64,000 nucleotides of DNA from Octopus sinensis (GCF_006345805.1 NC_043002.1:81158001-81222000), one strand, 5' to 3'. Positions 1 to 13,793 are shown, counted from the stretch's first letter. The notes: a model not told the origin generated them from the letters alone. Made by a program: numbers and translations.

Positions 1-857
1 TTATATACATGTATATGTATATACATTCATATATATGTATGTATATTAGATGGTAAAGGATAACAAGCATAAAGCCATATTCGGGGTGGGGGGGGATTAT
101 TAAATGATTAAAGAACGTATTCAGATATATTAGGTCAAATGCGGGATTGCAGTTGTAATGTAATTTTGTGTGGACAGTATTCAAGGCATTAATGTCGGTA
201 CCAGTGACAAAAGGATGCTGGAACGTGTATTTTTGAAAGTGGAGCCCGCCAAGTCAGAGACTGAACTATATATTATAAAGAAAAACTATTATGCTTGTTA
301 TCATGAACGTTAGGAATTTACTTTCTTGACGGCATTTAGAAACGAATTCGGATTTTAAGTTCACCTGATTGAATGTCTATGTTAGAATATGGTATTTTTC
401 ACAGAAACCTAAAAAGCAACTTTTCAATTAATTAATGCACAGATTTGCAGTAACTTAGTAATTATAACCGGTAACTCTCTCTGGAAGACAGTAATAGTGC
501 TGTCTTTCAAACCTTTCAACTTCAACATTATTTGTAACACTGCAAAGTGTCTTTTATTTAATATAATTCGATATCATTTTCCTACTGATCACATAGATAA
601 TATGATATTACTAATATAAAAAATATGCAACTCAGTTATCGTTGAACTGAATTTTTTGATATTATCGTCATCTTAAACAATGGCAATTTGGCAAAAATGT
701 ATAAAATAGCTTAAACATTATACAGTAGTTAATCTCGCCAAAACAATCGGATCACCGCAATCTCAAGTATCTTTACATTCAGAAATTAGCTTCAAGTCTA
801 ACGATTATTGCAGTTATCATATTCACTGTCATTACTGTTAAATGCTAATGTCATTCT

Positions 858-1140
858 TGATGGTGTGTTGTTGATGTTCGTGGTGATTATGATGATGGTG
901 GTGGTGGTGGTGACGATGGTGGTGGTGGTGGTGGTGGTGGTGATGGTGGTGATGACGACGATGATTGTGGTGGTGGTGGTGGTGTTGGTTGTGGTGGTGG
1001 TTGTGGTGGTAGTGATGACGATGATGATGGTGGTGGTGGTGGTGGTGGTGGTGGTGGTGGTGGTGGTGGTGGTGGTGGTTGTGGTGGTGGTGGTGGTGGT
1101 GGTGCGGCGGTGAGGATGATTATGATGATTATGATGATGA
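858..1140. repeat. Compound (GTG)n/(ATG)n triplet microsatellite
   Basis: Direct reading; the poly-Val/Met ORFs here are repeat artefacts. Confidence 0.95.
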
Positions 1141-1339
1141 CGATATGTTATGAATTATTGAATGGTTTAATTTATTATCTTAATATTAGTTTTGTTGCAG
1201 CCGTTTATTTTTCAAATACCGTGCTGCCGAAATTGTTGCTGCTGTTGTTGTTTTTGTTGTTGACGTTGTTGTTATATTATCATTATCATTTAGGCCAATG
1301 TGCTATTGCTATCATAGTCTCTGCTTAAAGACCTATATT

Positions 1340-1431
1340 ATTATTATTATCATTGCTGTTGTTGTTATTATTGTTGCTGTTGTTGTTGTCATTATCATCA
1401 TCGTCTTCGTCGTCGTCATCATCATCATCAA

Positions 1432-1496
<65 letters not shown>

Positions 1497-1604
1497 CATC
1501 ATCATCATCCGTGTTTCCCTCAAAAAAACTTGTATATATTATCTATGTCTGAATCTATATATATTCACATATATGTATATTATGTATAAATTTATAAACA
1601 TCTG

Positions 1605-1668
<64 letters not shown>

Positions 1669-1770
1669 TATATATATATTATATATATATATATATATAT
1701 AATATATGTATATATATATATGTATGTATGTATATACATTCACGCGCACACGTATGTTTGTGTATGTGTG
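1340..1770. repeat. (ATT)/(GTT)/(CAT)n block followed by (TA)n/(TG)n
   Basis: Direct reading. Confidence 0.95.
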
Positions 1771-2449
1771 TGATATATTTAAGGTATATATTGCTGTAGT
1801 TCCTCATTTAATTCCATATTTATGTTCTAGTTCGTAGTTTCCTTTGTATCATATATCTAGTTTTGCACGTATACACGAATCAAAGAGGTTCCTTCTCACT
1901 TTCTATCTTCTATACACACGCACACAGACAGCCACACGCATGCGCGTGCACGCAAGGCCGCGCGCACACACAGAAAAAGAGACATATACATACATATACA
2001 CATAGATTCTTATAATATATACATATGAAATACATTTATATAAGCTTACGTATATATGTATATGTGTGTGTGTGTGTCTGCCTACATACAAACAAATATG
2101 TATTGTGTAGATATGTTTTAATATTGCCCATGTGGCAAATAAAGAAATTATTATTGCTAATATTATTTTTATCATTATCATTTTTCTTTAATATAATTTT
2201 TATTAATAATAGAGAAGTCATTATTATTCTTGTTTTTTTTTTTTGTTGTTACTGTTATAACTGAGTTTGTGCGTATACATGAATGCATATATATGTAACA
2301 TATATGCATATATACAATATATATATATAATATATATATATAATATATATATATATCTAATGTATATATACATATATATATATATGTATATATATATATG
2401 TAATATATATATATATAACATATATATATATATATGTATGTAGTATATG

Positions 2450-2501
<52 letters not shown>

Positions 2502-3024
2502 ATATATATGTATTGTGTGTGTGTGTGTGTACTACGTATTAATATACCACATGTATGTAAGTGGCAATATCTAAGTTATTATTAGGATTATTAAGCATTG
2601 ATATTATTAATATTAACGTCATCCATACTTTATTATAACTATTATCATCATCATCCTCATCCTCATCATCATCATCATCGTCGTCGTCGTCGTCGTCATC
2701 ATTAACAATATTTTTTTTTCAATCCAATTTTTTAATTTTTTTTTTATTAATTTTTTTATTGCAGCACTTTGACCAATTTATGCAAATTGCTTTTTTACAT
2801 CGCCAACTTTATTACAAGATCAGAACTGAAGATTCGGTTTTTAGATAAATTTATAATTTATAAATTCTAACATAAAAATTCAAAATTGCTATGGATTCCT
2901 GTACGAAACAGTTTTATGCTGTTATAATGTATTACACTTAAGTATATTACTAACATGACTTCTACATCCCCCGTATGATATGATAGCATTTATTTGAATT
3001 TCATTTTCCATTGACATTTATTTT

Positions 3025-3429
3025 ACCACTACTACTACTGCTGCTGCTGCTGCTACCACTACTACTACTGTTATCATTATTATTGCTATTATCATTATCA
3101 TCATCATTATTATTATTATTTTACTATTATTGTTATTGTTGTTGTTCTTGTTATTATAGCTATTATTTTCGCTTTTATTATTTTTGAAAATTATTTTAAT
3201 GTGTATAATAATGATAATAACGATAATGATGATAATAATATTATTATTAACAATAATAATAACAACAACAACAATAATAATAATAATATTTATTGTTACT
3301 TTTGTTGATAATAAAGATGGCGATATAATATTATTATTATTAATGTTATTATTATTATTATAATCATCATCATTATTTTATTATAAATTTTGGCTCTTAG
3401 CATTAATATATCTTCATCGTTATCATTGA

Positions 3430-3460
<31 letters not shown>

Positions 3461-3865
3461 AGTATTATCATCATCATCATCATCATAATCATCTTCACCC
3501 TCATCCCCTTCGTCATCATCGTCATCATCATCACCATCATCATCGTCGTCGTTGTCGTCATCATCATCATCATCATCTTCATCATCATCATCATCATCTT
3601 CACCATCATCATCATCACGATGTTCACCATCATCATCATCATCTTCACCACCACCACCACCACCACCACCACCAGAACCACCACCACCATCATCATCAAC
3701 ATCATCATCTCCCCCATCAATATCACCATCACCACCGTCGTCGTCGTCGTCGTCGTCGTCATCATCATCATCATCATCATCGTCTCGGTCTAGTCAAATT
3801 ATAATAATATTAACGATAAAACGATATTAATTTCACTGGCACTGTTGCTGTTGCTGCTGCTACTT

Positions 3866-3948
<83 letters not shown>

Positions 3949-3980
3949 AATAACACTACTCTGTTATCATTACTATCATC
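3025..3980. repeat. About 950-bp mosaic of triplet microsatellites (ACT, GCT, ATT, AAC, CAT, CGT, CAC)
   Basis: Direct reading. Confidence 0.95.
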
Positions 3981-4399
3981 ATCCTTATCAAATTTGTTGC
4001 TGTTTAGAAAACTAAATTGTTTGATATCACACAATTTAAATTTACGTGATTTTTGTTTCCTTCTTTCCTTTTTCGTTTGTATGTATCGTTCCACATATAT
4101 TTTTCTTTTTACCTCTTAATGGAATGATATATTGAGTTTAATAAAACATATTTTCACCACCACCACCATCCTTCCTCTCCTTACCATTCTAACTCTTCCT
4201 GTCGTTACTTAATTTCTTATCCATTTATTTATGGAAAAATATATCTACAAGATGCAGTGTGATTTTTATCTCATCATCTTTTTTTAAATTTTGTTGTTTT
4301 TTTTTTTTTCATAAACGAAATACATTATATCGTTCATTGTTGTTTTGTGAATGTATGTGCATACGTGTATGAATGCGAGTGTGTGTTTTGTGGGCTTTC

Positions 4400-4453
<54 letters not shown>

Positions 4454-4825
4454 TGTCATATGTTCTTTGTTTTTGTTTTTTTGTTTTTGTTTTTGTGCCT
4501 TTTTCTTAACACTGGGTCAGATCTGATTGAACATACACCGACGGCACATAAGTATACTGGATGAACAACTAAGGATATATGGATCACAGGTATATGATCC
4601 CACTGGCCATCAGCATTGAGCATTCTTTTCTTACTTTTTGTCAGAAAAAAAAGGCAACATCCTTGACCCGTTACAGAGCCTCTTAGACAAGTGGAAGATT
4701 GGAGGCCTGTGTCCTTAAATCAGAATTTTGACCTGAATAATCACAACATAGTAGCGTCCAATAAGAGTACCCACTGTATCGTGCGGTCTTAAAGTGAGTG
4801 ACGGTTCCCGTCTACTCCCTTTCAG

Positions 4826-5089
4826 ACTCTGGTGAGATTTGCACTCAAAGCGCAAAGAGCTGGAACTACCACCGCAAAGCATTCGGTTCGAGGTCTTTGC
4901 AAACTTGCCAGTCCATCGCGTGTCATGGAACTAATATTTTTGAAGCAACCCCAAAAGGGTAAAATTTTAAATTGATCTCAGAGAGAATTTGAAATATGAG
5001 CGAAGAGATCCGGAACAAATACCGTGAATCATTTTGTCCAGCCCTCCGCAAATGGTGCTCTGATTGTTCATTGCGTTTTGTAGCCCCAG
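4826..5089 (+). pseudogene. Candidate phase 1-1 exon (264 nt) of an unknown Cys-containing protein, with two in-frame stops
   Basis: Acceptor ttcccgtctactccctttcag at 4825 and donor CCAG|gtgaga at 5090. One frame reads (D)SGEICTQSAKSWNYHRKAFGSRSLQTCQSIACHGTNIFEATPKG*NFKLISERI*NMSEEIRNKYRESFCPALRKWCSDCSLRFVAP. No homolog recognised. Confidence 0.3.
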
Positions 5090-5384
5090 GTGAGACTCGT
5101 AACACATATGTATTCGGCCGAATACAGATCAACAGTGATACACATACATATGCACACATATACATTCGCACATAGACATGTATACATATATGCACGTAAA
5201 AAATAATAGATAGAGAACACCACTGCAAAATGCGAAAACTAAAGGAAGCAGCACCTATGCTAGGACACAACAACCTCCTAAGCAGACCGAGTGCAGATAT
5301 GAGCAGCATATGGGAACCGGTATCCAGGAAAGATAGGGAAATATTAGATTTATAAGCCCTAAAATTCACTCCATAATTGCCCAC

Positions 5385-5630
5385 GGGCATATGGCGTAGT
5401 TAAGAGCGGGTTACCGGCCCCAAGATTCCGAGTTCGATTCCAAGTAGTGGCCTGAATAATAATAACAACATCGAAAAATTCCTTAGGACTGAGAATCCAG
5501 GTTCGAAATTTTCCCAAGACACTTGAAGAAGGCTGGAGGGTATATCAGCCGAAATGTTATGTTAACGACAAACAAAATGAGAACAAATATCCGTCAAATG
5601 TAAATAATGTACATACTTCCTTATCTCTTA
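5385..5630 (+). mobile_element. tRNA-headed SINE with hammerhead-like tail (family H), degenerate copy
   Basis: Head GGGCATATGGCGTAG...GAGTTCGATTCC, short (AAT)n, and a tail colinear with 28798-29185; decayed HHR at 5518-5563. Confidence 0.85.
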
Positions 5631-5639
5631 CATACATAC

Positions 5640-5675
<36 letters not shown>

Positions 5676-6014
5676 CTGTGTGTGTGTGTGTATCTGTGTG
5701 TGTGTGTGTGTGTAAATATATACGCATACAATTGTCTACATCATTGCATGAAAAGTCGCAAGTGTAACATCAAAGACTTTCTTCGCCTAGAGAGATGACT
5801 AAGGGTGTTTCATTCCTAACTGTGGATCGGCTGAGTTCATTCACCTTTTGACAGGTTTTTTTCCGTCCTGCAGAGTGTCGAACGAAAACCATCTTCCTTA
5901 CCAAGCATTTGCTGTTTTAATCGGTAGTGGCCTGACAATGCGACAGACTACATTGGATTATATTGTTACTAGTAGCACTAAGAGTAATCTGACATAAAAT
6001 ATACAGACATCATA

Positions 6015-6071
<57 letters not shown>

Positions 6072-7944
6072 TGTGTGTGTGCGTGTATGTATGTATGTAT
6101 GTATGTACCCATGTATACATATACAGAGCTCCAAATTAAATGTGCGTGCGCCATCGTGTATGTGTACGTGTACGGACGTGCTCGCAGAAAAATTACGCAG
6201 TTCTAACACGTAAAACATTATTTTGTATTCAATTCCATTCGTTGTTTGTATTCATTTCTTGCCGTGTCATTATCCGATGACATAGAATATTTGAAGTTAT
6301 GGTTAGCATATGACATGTTCTCTATGGGAAAAAATACAAATTGATAAAGCAAAATATGTATAAAATTAGATGGAATTATCATACGGAAAATGTTCTACGA
6401 AGGATAGTAGAAGTCTTAAAAGAATAACTTTTTGTATTACTGCAACATGGAATACCTAAGTACTTACACAAGAAGTTAGACAGTATTACTTTTTAATAAT
6501 CTATTTACGTGCGCCAAGTATATTGAGATTATCATCGCATTTGTCTTCTAAGGTTTTGGTAAGATATCCTCATGAATTATGGAGGTTCGTCTAGATTGCT
6601 GAGGCTCGTGTGATTGATGTTTAGTCTCAATTTCTGCAGGTTAAGTAAGAACTGTTGAGAAATGATGGCACTGATTAAATTCCTGAGAGTTATAGGTATG
6701 GAGATAAAGATTTTGTCGTAATACATTGTGGCGATTACAATAGATGAAAGAAAACAAGGTGAAGTCGTTAAAGGGTAACAAGAGATCTGGAGCAAAAATA
6801 TTTACGACATAACCCTTTTACTGCAGAAAGCAGATGTATGCACCCAACATTTCTTTATCCTTAATCACGAAAAACAGTTTTATACTTCAATCTACCTATT
6901 GTTGAGGAATGTCATGTATGAAATAAAATTCTGTAAAGATATGTCAAATGTATTAAGGCAGCTGACTTGCAGAAAATAACATTTCTGTTTTTGGTAGATA
7001 TTTAGCATCATTATTGGAATAACCATGAAATTTAATTTGGCAGTGAAAGGGTTATACGAACAATTAAATAATTGCTAAATAATGCAAATTATAACCCTAG
7101 ACTTTAACATTGGGTTTCGTCACCGTCATAGATTAAACCTAATACACGCAGATTTGTCCAGGAACCAAGGAGAGAACTGCAGCGCAGCCACTCAACTTAC
7201 TGGTAAGTGAAGCTAAATTTCCCTCAAATCACGTTTTACCGTATAATAGCCATAATAATCCTTTCTACTATAGGCACAAGGCGTGCAATTTTGGGGCGGG
7301 GGGATAATCCAATACATCAGCCCCAGTACTCGACTGTTACTTATATTACCGACTCCGAAAGGATGAAAGGTAAAGTCTTATAAATACTAAATTCCTTTCA
7401 CACTTGTCACACAAAAAAATGCATTACTTCTATCTTGAATCACAATTAGAAAAATAATGGTGATTCTGCTGATTTAGCATGATCTATCGTTGTTAGTACC
7501 AATCTTTTCAGTAATCTGCCAAACACCATGCAATGTAAGTTTAACTGAGAAACTTCATATCCTAAACTGTCAACGCAATGAACAGAGAAGCAAAACAAAG
7601 GAACTAACTTCAACTTGCAGCGACAGCGGGAAATATCTGCTACTTCATTTTTTGAGCAGTATAAAAGCTTAGTGAAATCAAGTGTCATTTTGTCTTACAT
7701 TCCATGAACTACGCTCAAAGGGCAATGACTATACGCTAACGCTGTATCTAAATTTCTTGATACTAGCATAAAATCGTCGTACGGAAATACCTATAGCCAC
7801 CATATATTGATATAAGATACTCTATAAGACTTTCTGTGCTTGATTATTAGATTTATGTACAGGAAATAAACAGCATCTATTCACGATATTTACAACATAT
7901 ATATATGCACGTGCGTGTTTCTGTTTTTGTATGTGTATTTACAC

Positions 7945-9055
7945 GACATACATACATGGTCGTTGCCCACTCCCTATACAGAGCTTGACCACATCCTGTA
8001 CCAACACCTTAGAACCATCATGGCGTCTGATGTGGCTTTTTAAACCAGTCAATGTTCTGAAAAGACACCCACATAGATTGCACCTCTAATTTGGACCACC
8101 AATACCGTCAGATAAGTTCTGCTCTTTGCGGATCTTAACTTGTCTTCTGTGGCCTCCGTTGGATTTGCAAACCTTCTGGAATACACTGCATTCAAATATA
8201 TTCACAGACATATAGTCTGAATAGTTGGTGGAGGTTCGTTTTCCATACATTCGCGGATGAGATTTGAGGTCAGCCAAAGACAGGCATGTTCTGCCACAGA
8301 CTGCACACGAAAAGGTCATTGTCATTCACCTTCTCGATCGTTACATTCTTCCTTAGATTTCTTTTGAGTCTTACTTGTTTTATTATGGCCTCTTCATATG
8401 ATTTCACTCCACTCCACGCTTTTGTTCGCCATCCAACTCGATCCGAAGCAATGGTTTCTATATCTTCTGGAACCATTTCAAGTGACTTCATAATAGTCCT
8501 TATGCCATCCTTAAACCTTTTTTTTTAGGTTTACGCCGATAGCGTTTCCCCTCTGCAAGCTCACCATAAAACAGCTGTTTCGGCATGCGTTCATCTGCCA
8601 TTCGAACAATATGGCCACACCATCTCAATTGGTTCCTCAAAATCATATCTTTAATGGGGATGATACCTGCAGATGCAAGGACATCTCTGTTTGGAGTAAA
8701 ATAACTCCATTTAATTTTTTAAATGCGATGAAGACATTTTTGGTGGAATTGTTCTAACAATTTAAAATGCCTTTCATAACAAGTTCAAGTTTCACAGGAA
8801 TACAACAGGGATGGTAAGACAAATAATTCGTAAAGAGCCAGCTTTGTATTCTTATTTATGTCGCTGGCACCAAACGCATGACTCCAAGCCACCAAATGCT
8901 TTTGCGGCCCTTTGAATTCGCAGCTGTATTTCTGTATCAACATTTCCATCATTTTGAACAGAGCTTCCAAGGTAGACGAACGAATCGACAACCTCAAATA
9001 ACTTTCCCGTAACAAAAAATTTAGTGGGTTTACAGACAGCACCACTGACATCGAA
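7945..9055 (-). mobile_element. 5'-truncated, decayed RTE-clade non-LTR retrotransposon (RT C-terminus, three C2H2 fingers, (TATG)n tail)
   Basis: Frameshifted translation gives EVVDSFVYLGS..DTEIQLRIQRAAKAFGGL, TKLALYELFVLPSLLYSCET, QLRWCGHIVRMADERMPKQLFYGEL and IASDRVGWR, all typical of RTE ORF2. Confidence 0.9.
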
Positions 9056-9099
9056 TTAGAGGTAGAAAGTATTTAAACATAAAAGAAACAGAGTGAATA

Positions 9100-10015
9100 T
9101 GTAAGCGAGTGCGTGAGTGAGTGAGTGGGTGAGTGAATGGGTGACTGAGTGAATGGGTGAGTGAGTGAGTGAGCGAATGAGTGGGTGACTGAGTGAGTGA
9201 GTGGGTGAGTGAGTGAGTGGGTGAGTGGGTGAGTGAGTGAGTGAGTGGGTGAGTGGGTGGGTGAGTAAGTGAGTGAGTGAGTGAACGAATGAGTGAACGA
9301 GTGGATGAATGAATGAGTGAGTGATTATATGAGTGAGTGAGCGAGTGAGTGAGTGAGTGAATGAGTGAGTGAGTGAGTGAGTGAGTGAGTGAATGGGCGA
9401 GTAAGTGAGTGGATGAGTGGGTGAGTGCGTGGGTGAGTGAGTGAGTGAGTGAGTGGGTGGGTGGGTGGGTGTTTGGGGAAAAGGGTGAGTGAGTGAACGA
9501 ATGAGTGAACGAGTGGATGAGTGAATGAGTGAGTGATTATGTGAGTGAATAAATGGATGAATGAGTGAATGAATGAACGAGTGGGTAAATGAGTGAATGT
9601 ATGAATGAGATTGAGTGAGAGAATGAGAGGATGAATAAATGGATGAATGAGGGATTGAGTGGATGAATAAATGAATGAATGAACGAATGAATGAATGAAT
9701 GAGTGAGTGAGTGAGTGAGTGAGTGAGTCAGTCAGTCTGTGAACAAGAATGATTGAATGAGCTAATGAATAAGTGAGAGTGATTCAATGAGTTATTAAAT
9801 GAGGGAGAATGAGTGAATAAACGGATGAATAAGTGAATGAGTAAACGAGTGAATGAATGAATGAGAGTGAGTGAATGAGGGATTGAGTGGAGGAGTGAAT
9901 GAATGGATGAATGATTGACTGAGTGAGCGAGTGAGTGTGTGAGTGAGTGAGTGGGTGAGTAAGTCAGTCAGTGAGTCAGTCAGTGAGTCTGTCAGTCAGT
10001 CAGTGAGTAAATATG
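9100..10015. repeat. About 900-bp compound (GAGT)/(GAAT)/(GGGT)/(CAGT)n tetranucleotide array
   Basis: Direct reading. Confidence 0.95.
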
Positions 10016-10804
10016 AAAGGAAGAGAGATAGAGTCAAACAGACACACAGACAGACAGCGAATAAATGAACGCTGTAAAGATATATAACAAATCTATTTGA
10101 CAAACAAAAGACAATATGAAATACAATAAGAGAGATGGATTTGCACAAAGGTCTTGAAATATATATTAAGAAAAATATGTATTGAAGCAATAATAGTAAT
10201 AATGTAGCAAAGAAGAATGGAAAGTAACGCTAACAACAACAACAATAATAATAATTCTAATAATAACATATAAGTACAAGATGGTCAAATCTCGAGGCAG
10301 CCATTTTAGGTTATTCTTTTGCTCAGATTATTATTTTTTTTTTTACTGTTTAACGAAAGCCTTCTTGTCAAAATCAGATCTGAAACTCCATTATTCGGGA
10401 TCGGTAATATGATTAGCTAGTGGCAAAATGTATAGATATCACATTAGATTTGATAGCAGAGAGCCCTAGTTGTTCGATCAACCGAATTGCCTATTCACTG
10501 AAATAGAGCATCAGTGGCTGAACATTCCGCATGTACTTGTAACCACAACATAATCGTCAGGTAGAATTAGCATGCAGCTATGTCTCATAAGGGTGAATAT
10601 TTCGAAGTACGATTACAGTTCATCAGTTGGACATCTACACAGTTTGAGTCTATAATTTTCTTCATTCAAAAAGTTTGGATCAACCCCTGTCTACTTTAGA
10701 ACATTCTTGTTCAAAGTGCCGCGAAGTGGGATCGAATCACTAACGATTGCTGTTAATCCAATGATTATTAAAATCTATTAACTCCATCTTTTCAAAAGTT
10801 CTTG

Positions 10805-11000
10805 TCTACGAAGCTCGCTTTGCAAGCAAGTGGTTCCGGGTTCCGTGCCACCGCACGGCAATTTGGGCAAGTGTCTTTTACTATAGCTCCAGGCCTAGCA
10901 ATGCCGTGTTAGTGAATCTGGGAGATAGAAACTGTGTGGAACCCAGTCGTATGTGCGTGATTGTGTGTGCATGTGCGTGTGTGTGTGTGTGTGTGTGTGG

Positions 11001-11031
<31 letters not shown>

Positions 11032-11260
11032 TGTGTGTGTGTTTGTGCGTGTGTCTTTGTTTTCCCCCCATCACTTAACAACCAGCGTTAGTTTACTTAC
11101 GTACTTGTAACTTAGTAGTTCGGCAAAAGACACCGAGAGAATAAGTAGCCGTCTGTTCAAAAAAATGTACTGGGGTCAGTTTGTGCCACTAAACCCTTCA
11201 AAGCAGTGCTCCAGCATGACCGCAGCTCTACACCCGAAACATGCAAAACATAAAATATAA
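10805..11260 (+). mobile_element. SINE family A, diverged copy with internal (TG)n
   Basis: Colinear with 14896-15310 (ttgggcaagtgtct...ctatagc; cggcaaaaga; gctccagcatg). Confidence 0.8.
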
Positions 11261-13793
11261 ATATTAAATGAAATATGGCGAACCAATGACATGCCTGTCA
11301 GTAGCGGTATGCGGAAATATTTAAGCGATACATGATGCATTTAAAAAAATAAAATTCCCTTGCAATATCATATTATAAAAAGTTTATCTATAAAACTATA
11401 ATACACACGCGCGTGCGCAGATATATACAGCCCAATAACAGAGTCTTTAAAGAATTTAAAATTTCCACATGTTGGTCGCCATCTTAATTTAGATATGTCG
11501 AAATGGTAATCTTAGTAGAATATCGAATTTACGGTAACGTTAACCCGTGTTTCGTTTTATGTCTAAATATTGCCGCCTTAAGTTATTTTCGTTGATGTTC
11601 AGCCCTAGGTTGTCTCTTGTCGCACAGACCAAGGACAGATAGGTGCGGTGAAATCCTGAAGATTTAACCTTCGGGAATTTTACACTCAAACGATAGCTCT
11701 GAAATGGCCACCCGGAGGACATGTGACTCTGTAACTGTTGGAAGCATGAACCAGTGACATGTGTGAACGTTCTGATTCCTAGCACTTAGTCCACATTCAG
11801 TGTTTAGATCAAGTAAGTCAACCTTTCTCTGGAAGCAAGCTGCATGAGATATGGTTCATTATAAGGCGAGCCGAAGCAACTAAGAAAATACAAGGTAATC
11901 GTTGGTTAGGCATGTCATTTCAGATAGTCCCGTGAGCTGCAGTTTGTCCATGAGTGGTTTAGATGATAATCCTCCATGAGTGCATATGGGGTTTGCATGT
12001 CAATACTCTAAGCGCTGAGAAATCCGCAAAAGAAACAATAAGGAGTAAATATTCAAATCAAATGCAAATGACATGCAGAGAAGGAAACAAAAGTTGATCA
12101 CTCTTAATCCTAATGTAGATGGACGCTCTCTTTCTGTCCCCCGATTATCGCATGTCAGTGCTGATGTGTTTAGGTCCCTGTAACTAAGCGGTTTGGCAAA
12201 AGGGCCGATAAAATAGATACCAAGCTTTTAACAAAAAGCTGCTGGAGTCAAAACATTCGACTAAAAAATTTTCAAGGCAATACCCCAGCATGGCCGCAAT
12301 CTAAAAAGTTAAAGATAAGAGATAAGGAAAAACGATATCCTGCTGATAACATCTGGAATGTCGTTAAAATGATGAGATATCGATGCAGAAAAATAGGTGA
12401 GATCGATTAAATTATTAAATCATATTTATTGTTATTTAGTCTGAGGTCAGTTCTGGTCATAGAGCTACGATTAACGATGTTCCTGCTGTGACAATCAGTC
12501 TTTCTTTTGTGGAACATAGGATATTCACCCTTAGAAAGAAATCATACTTGGTCTTTTCTTTTAAGTAAGAATTAATATTCAGTACATCTTTTTGGCGAAC
12601 TTCATAAAATAAGAAAACCGTTACTGAAAATCGCAGGTGGTGGCACCAGGTCGATTCCTAGTCGAAATCTTTATTTTCATCAATACACTAAGAAATTACA
12701 TAAACGTGTTTCCTGCCATTGTGCTTTTACCTGATATATAAAGTGTCTCTGATTAATCAGAAGAAACGTTTATTAGTTCGAACTTTTGCATGATGTAGAT
12801 GGCTTTACATACTTCAAGGCTGGAATATGTTTATTTTCGTCGACACGCCTCTGACTCTAACCGTTTTGTTTTATTTTGTATTTTGTTTTATCTCTGATAT
12901 TCATATAATAAGCAGCAGAATTATACTTGGGTCGAGTTAATCGTCGATCGCGTCCTCGCCGATATTATTTAAAGCAACCGAACATTATAACAGTGATCCG
13001 ATTTTTATTTCTGCTTAGAACCTCTCCACTTACGTTGCTAATAATTAATAATGCTTTTGAGAAGAAACATAAACATCTTCCTATAATTTCCTTGGCCTTA
13101 CAAATCAATTCTGTTGAATCAGTTACTTACGCTCCACTTTGGGCAACTTTAACATGGATCTGATCTCGAATCTCATTTACAAATGTTTACTCTAACTTGT
13201 TTAATACACTTGGGAAAGTCTTCTTTTTTCCAAATTGAGATCAATATTTCTCATTACCCCCACATTCTGTGTAATCCTGCTCAGATCTTTTTCCCATACA
13301 ATAACCACATTGCCCTAATCTTTGCTCTATGTATCGGCCAGCTATCATATCCACAATGATCTGATTGCTGTTCTAGACAGATTTTCCTAACTTCCAGGTT
13401 TAAATTTACATATTACCCCCACACTTCGAAACTTCCCCTCTATCCACTCTATCCCATCATCTTTTATCTCATTGCACAGAGATGAATGGAATGCTATAGA
13501 CTTACTAGCAGGCAGCACTTTCGTCTCTCATCAAATAAGTGCTTTTAGTATAGTGAAAAATCAACAATTGTTATTTAATTGCCTTAAACCTTGCTTTGTT
13601 TATTGACTATTGTATCTATAATGGCAGAGTTGCGTTTCTAGATATCATTTCATAATTTCCTACATCATTAATCTTTTTCTCTTCTTCACTATTTTTCCCT
13701 TTTGTTCTTCTTTAGTATCCTATTCCCCTTGTTGTCTGTCTTTATTATCTCTTCCTTCTCTTACTTTCTCTCTGTCTCTCTCTCCTCCTCCTC

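Noticed and set aside
178-313. Open frame SIQGINVGTSDKRMLERVFLKVEPAKSETELYIIKKNYYACYHER*
   Set aside because: Weak acceptor, no recognisable homology, length compatible with chance
6200-7200. Partially open frames, a CGDYN endonuclease-like word and a MMALIKFLRVI|gt mini-exon
   Set aside because: Many stops, no consistent domain; insufficient support
10580-10632. CTGATGA...GAAA on the minus strand
   Set aside because: No pairing possible for stem II or stem I
11628-11812. Strong acceptor and donor pair on the plus strand
   Set aside because: All three frames contain stops; could only be a non-coding exon, with no other support
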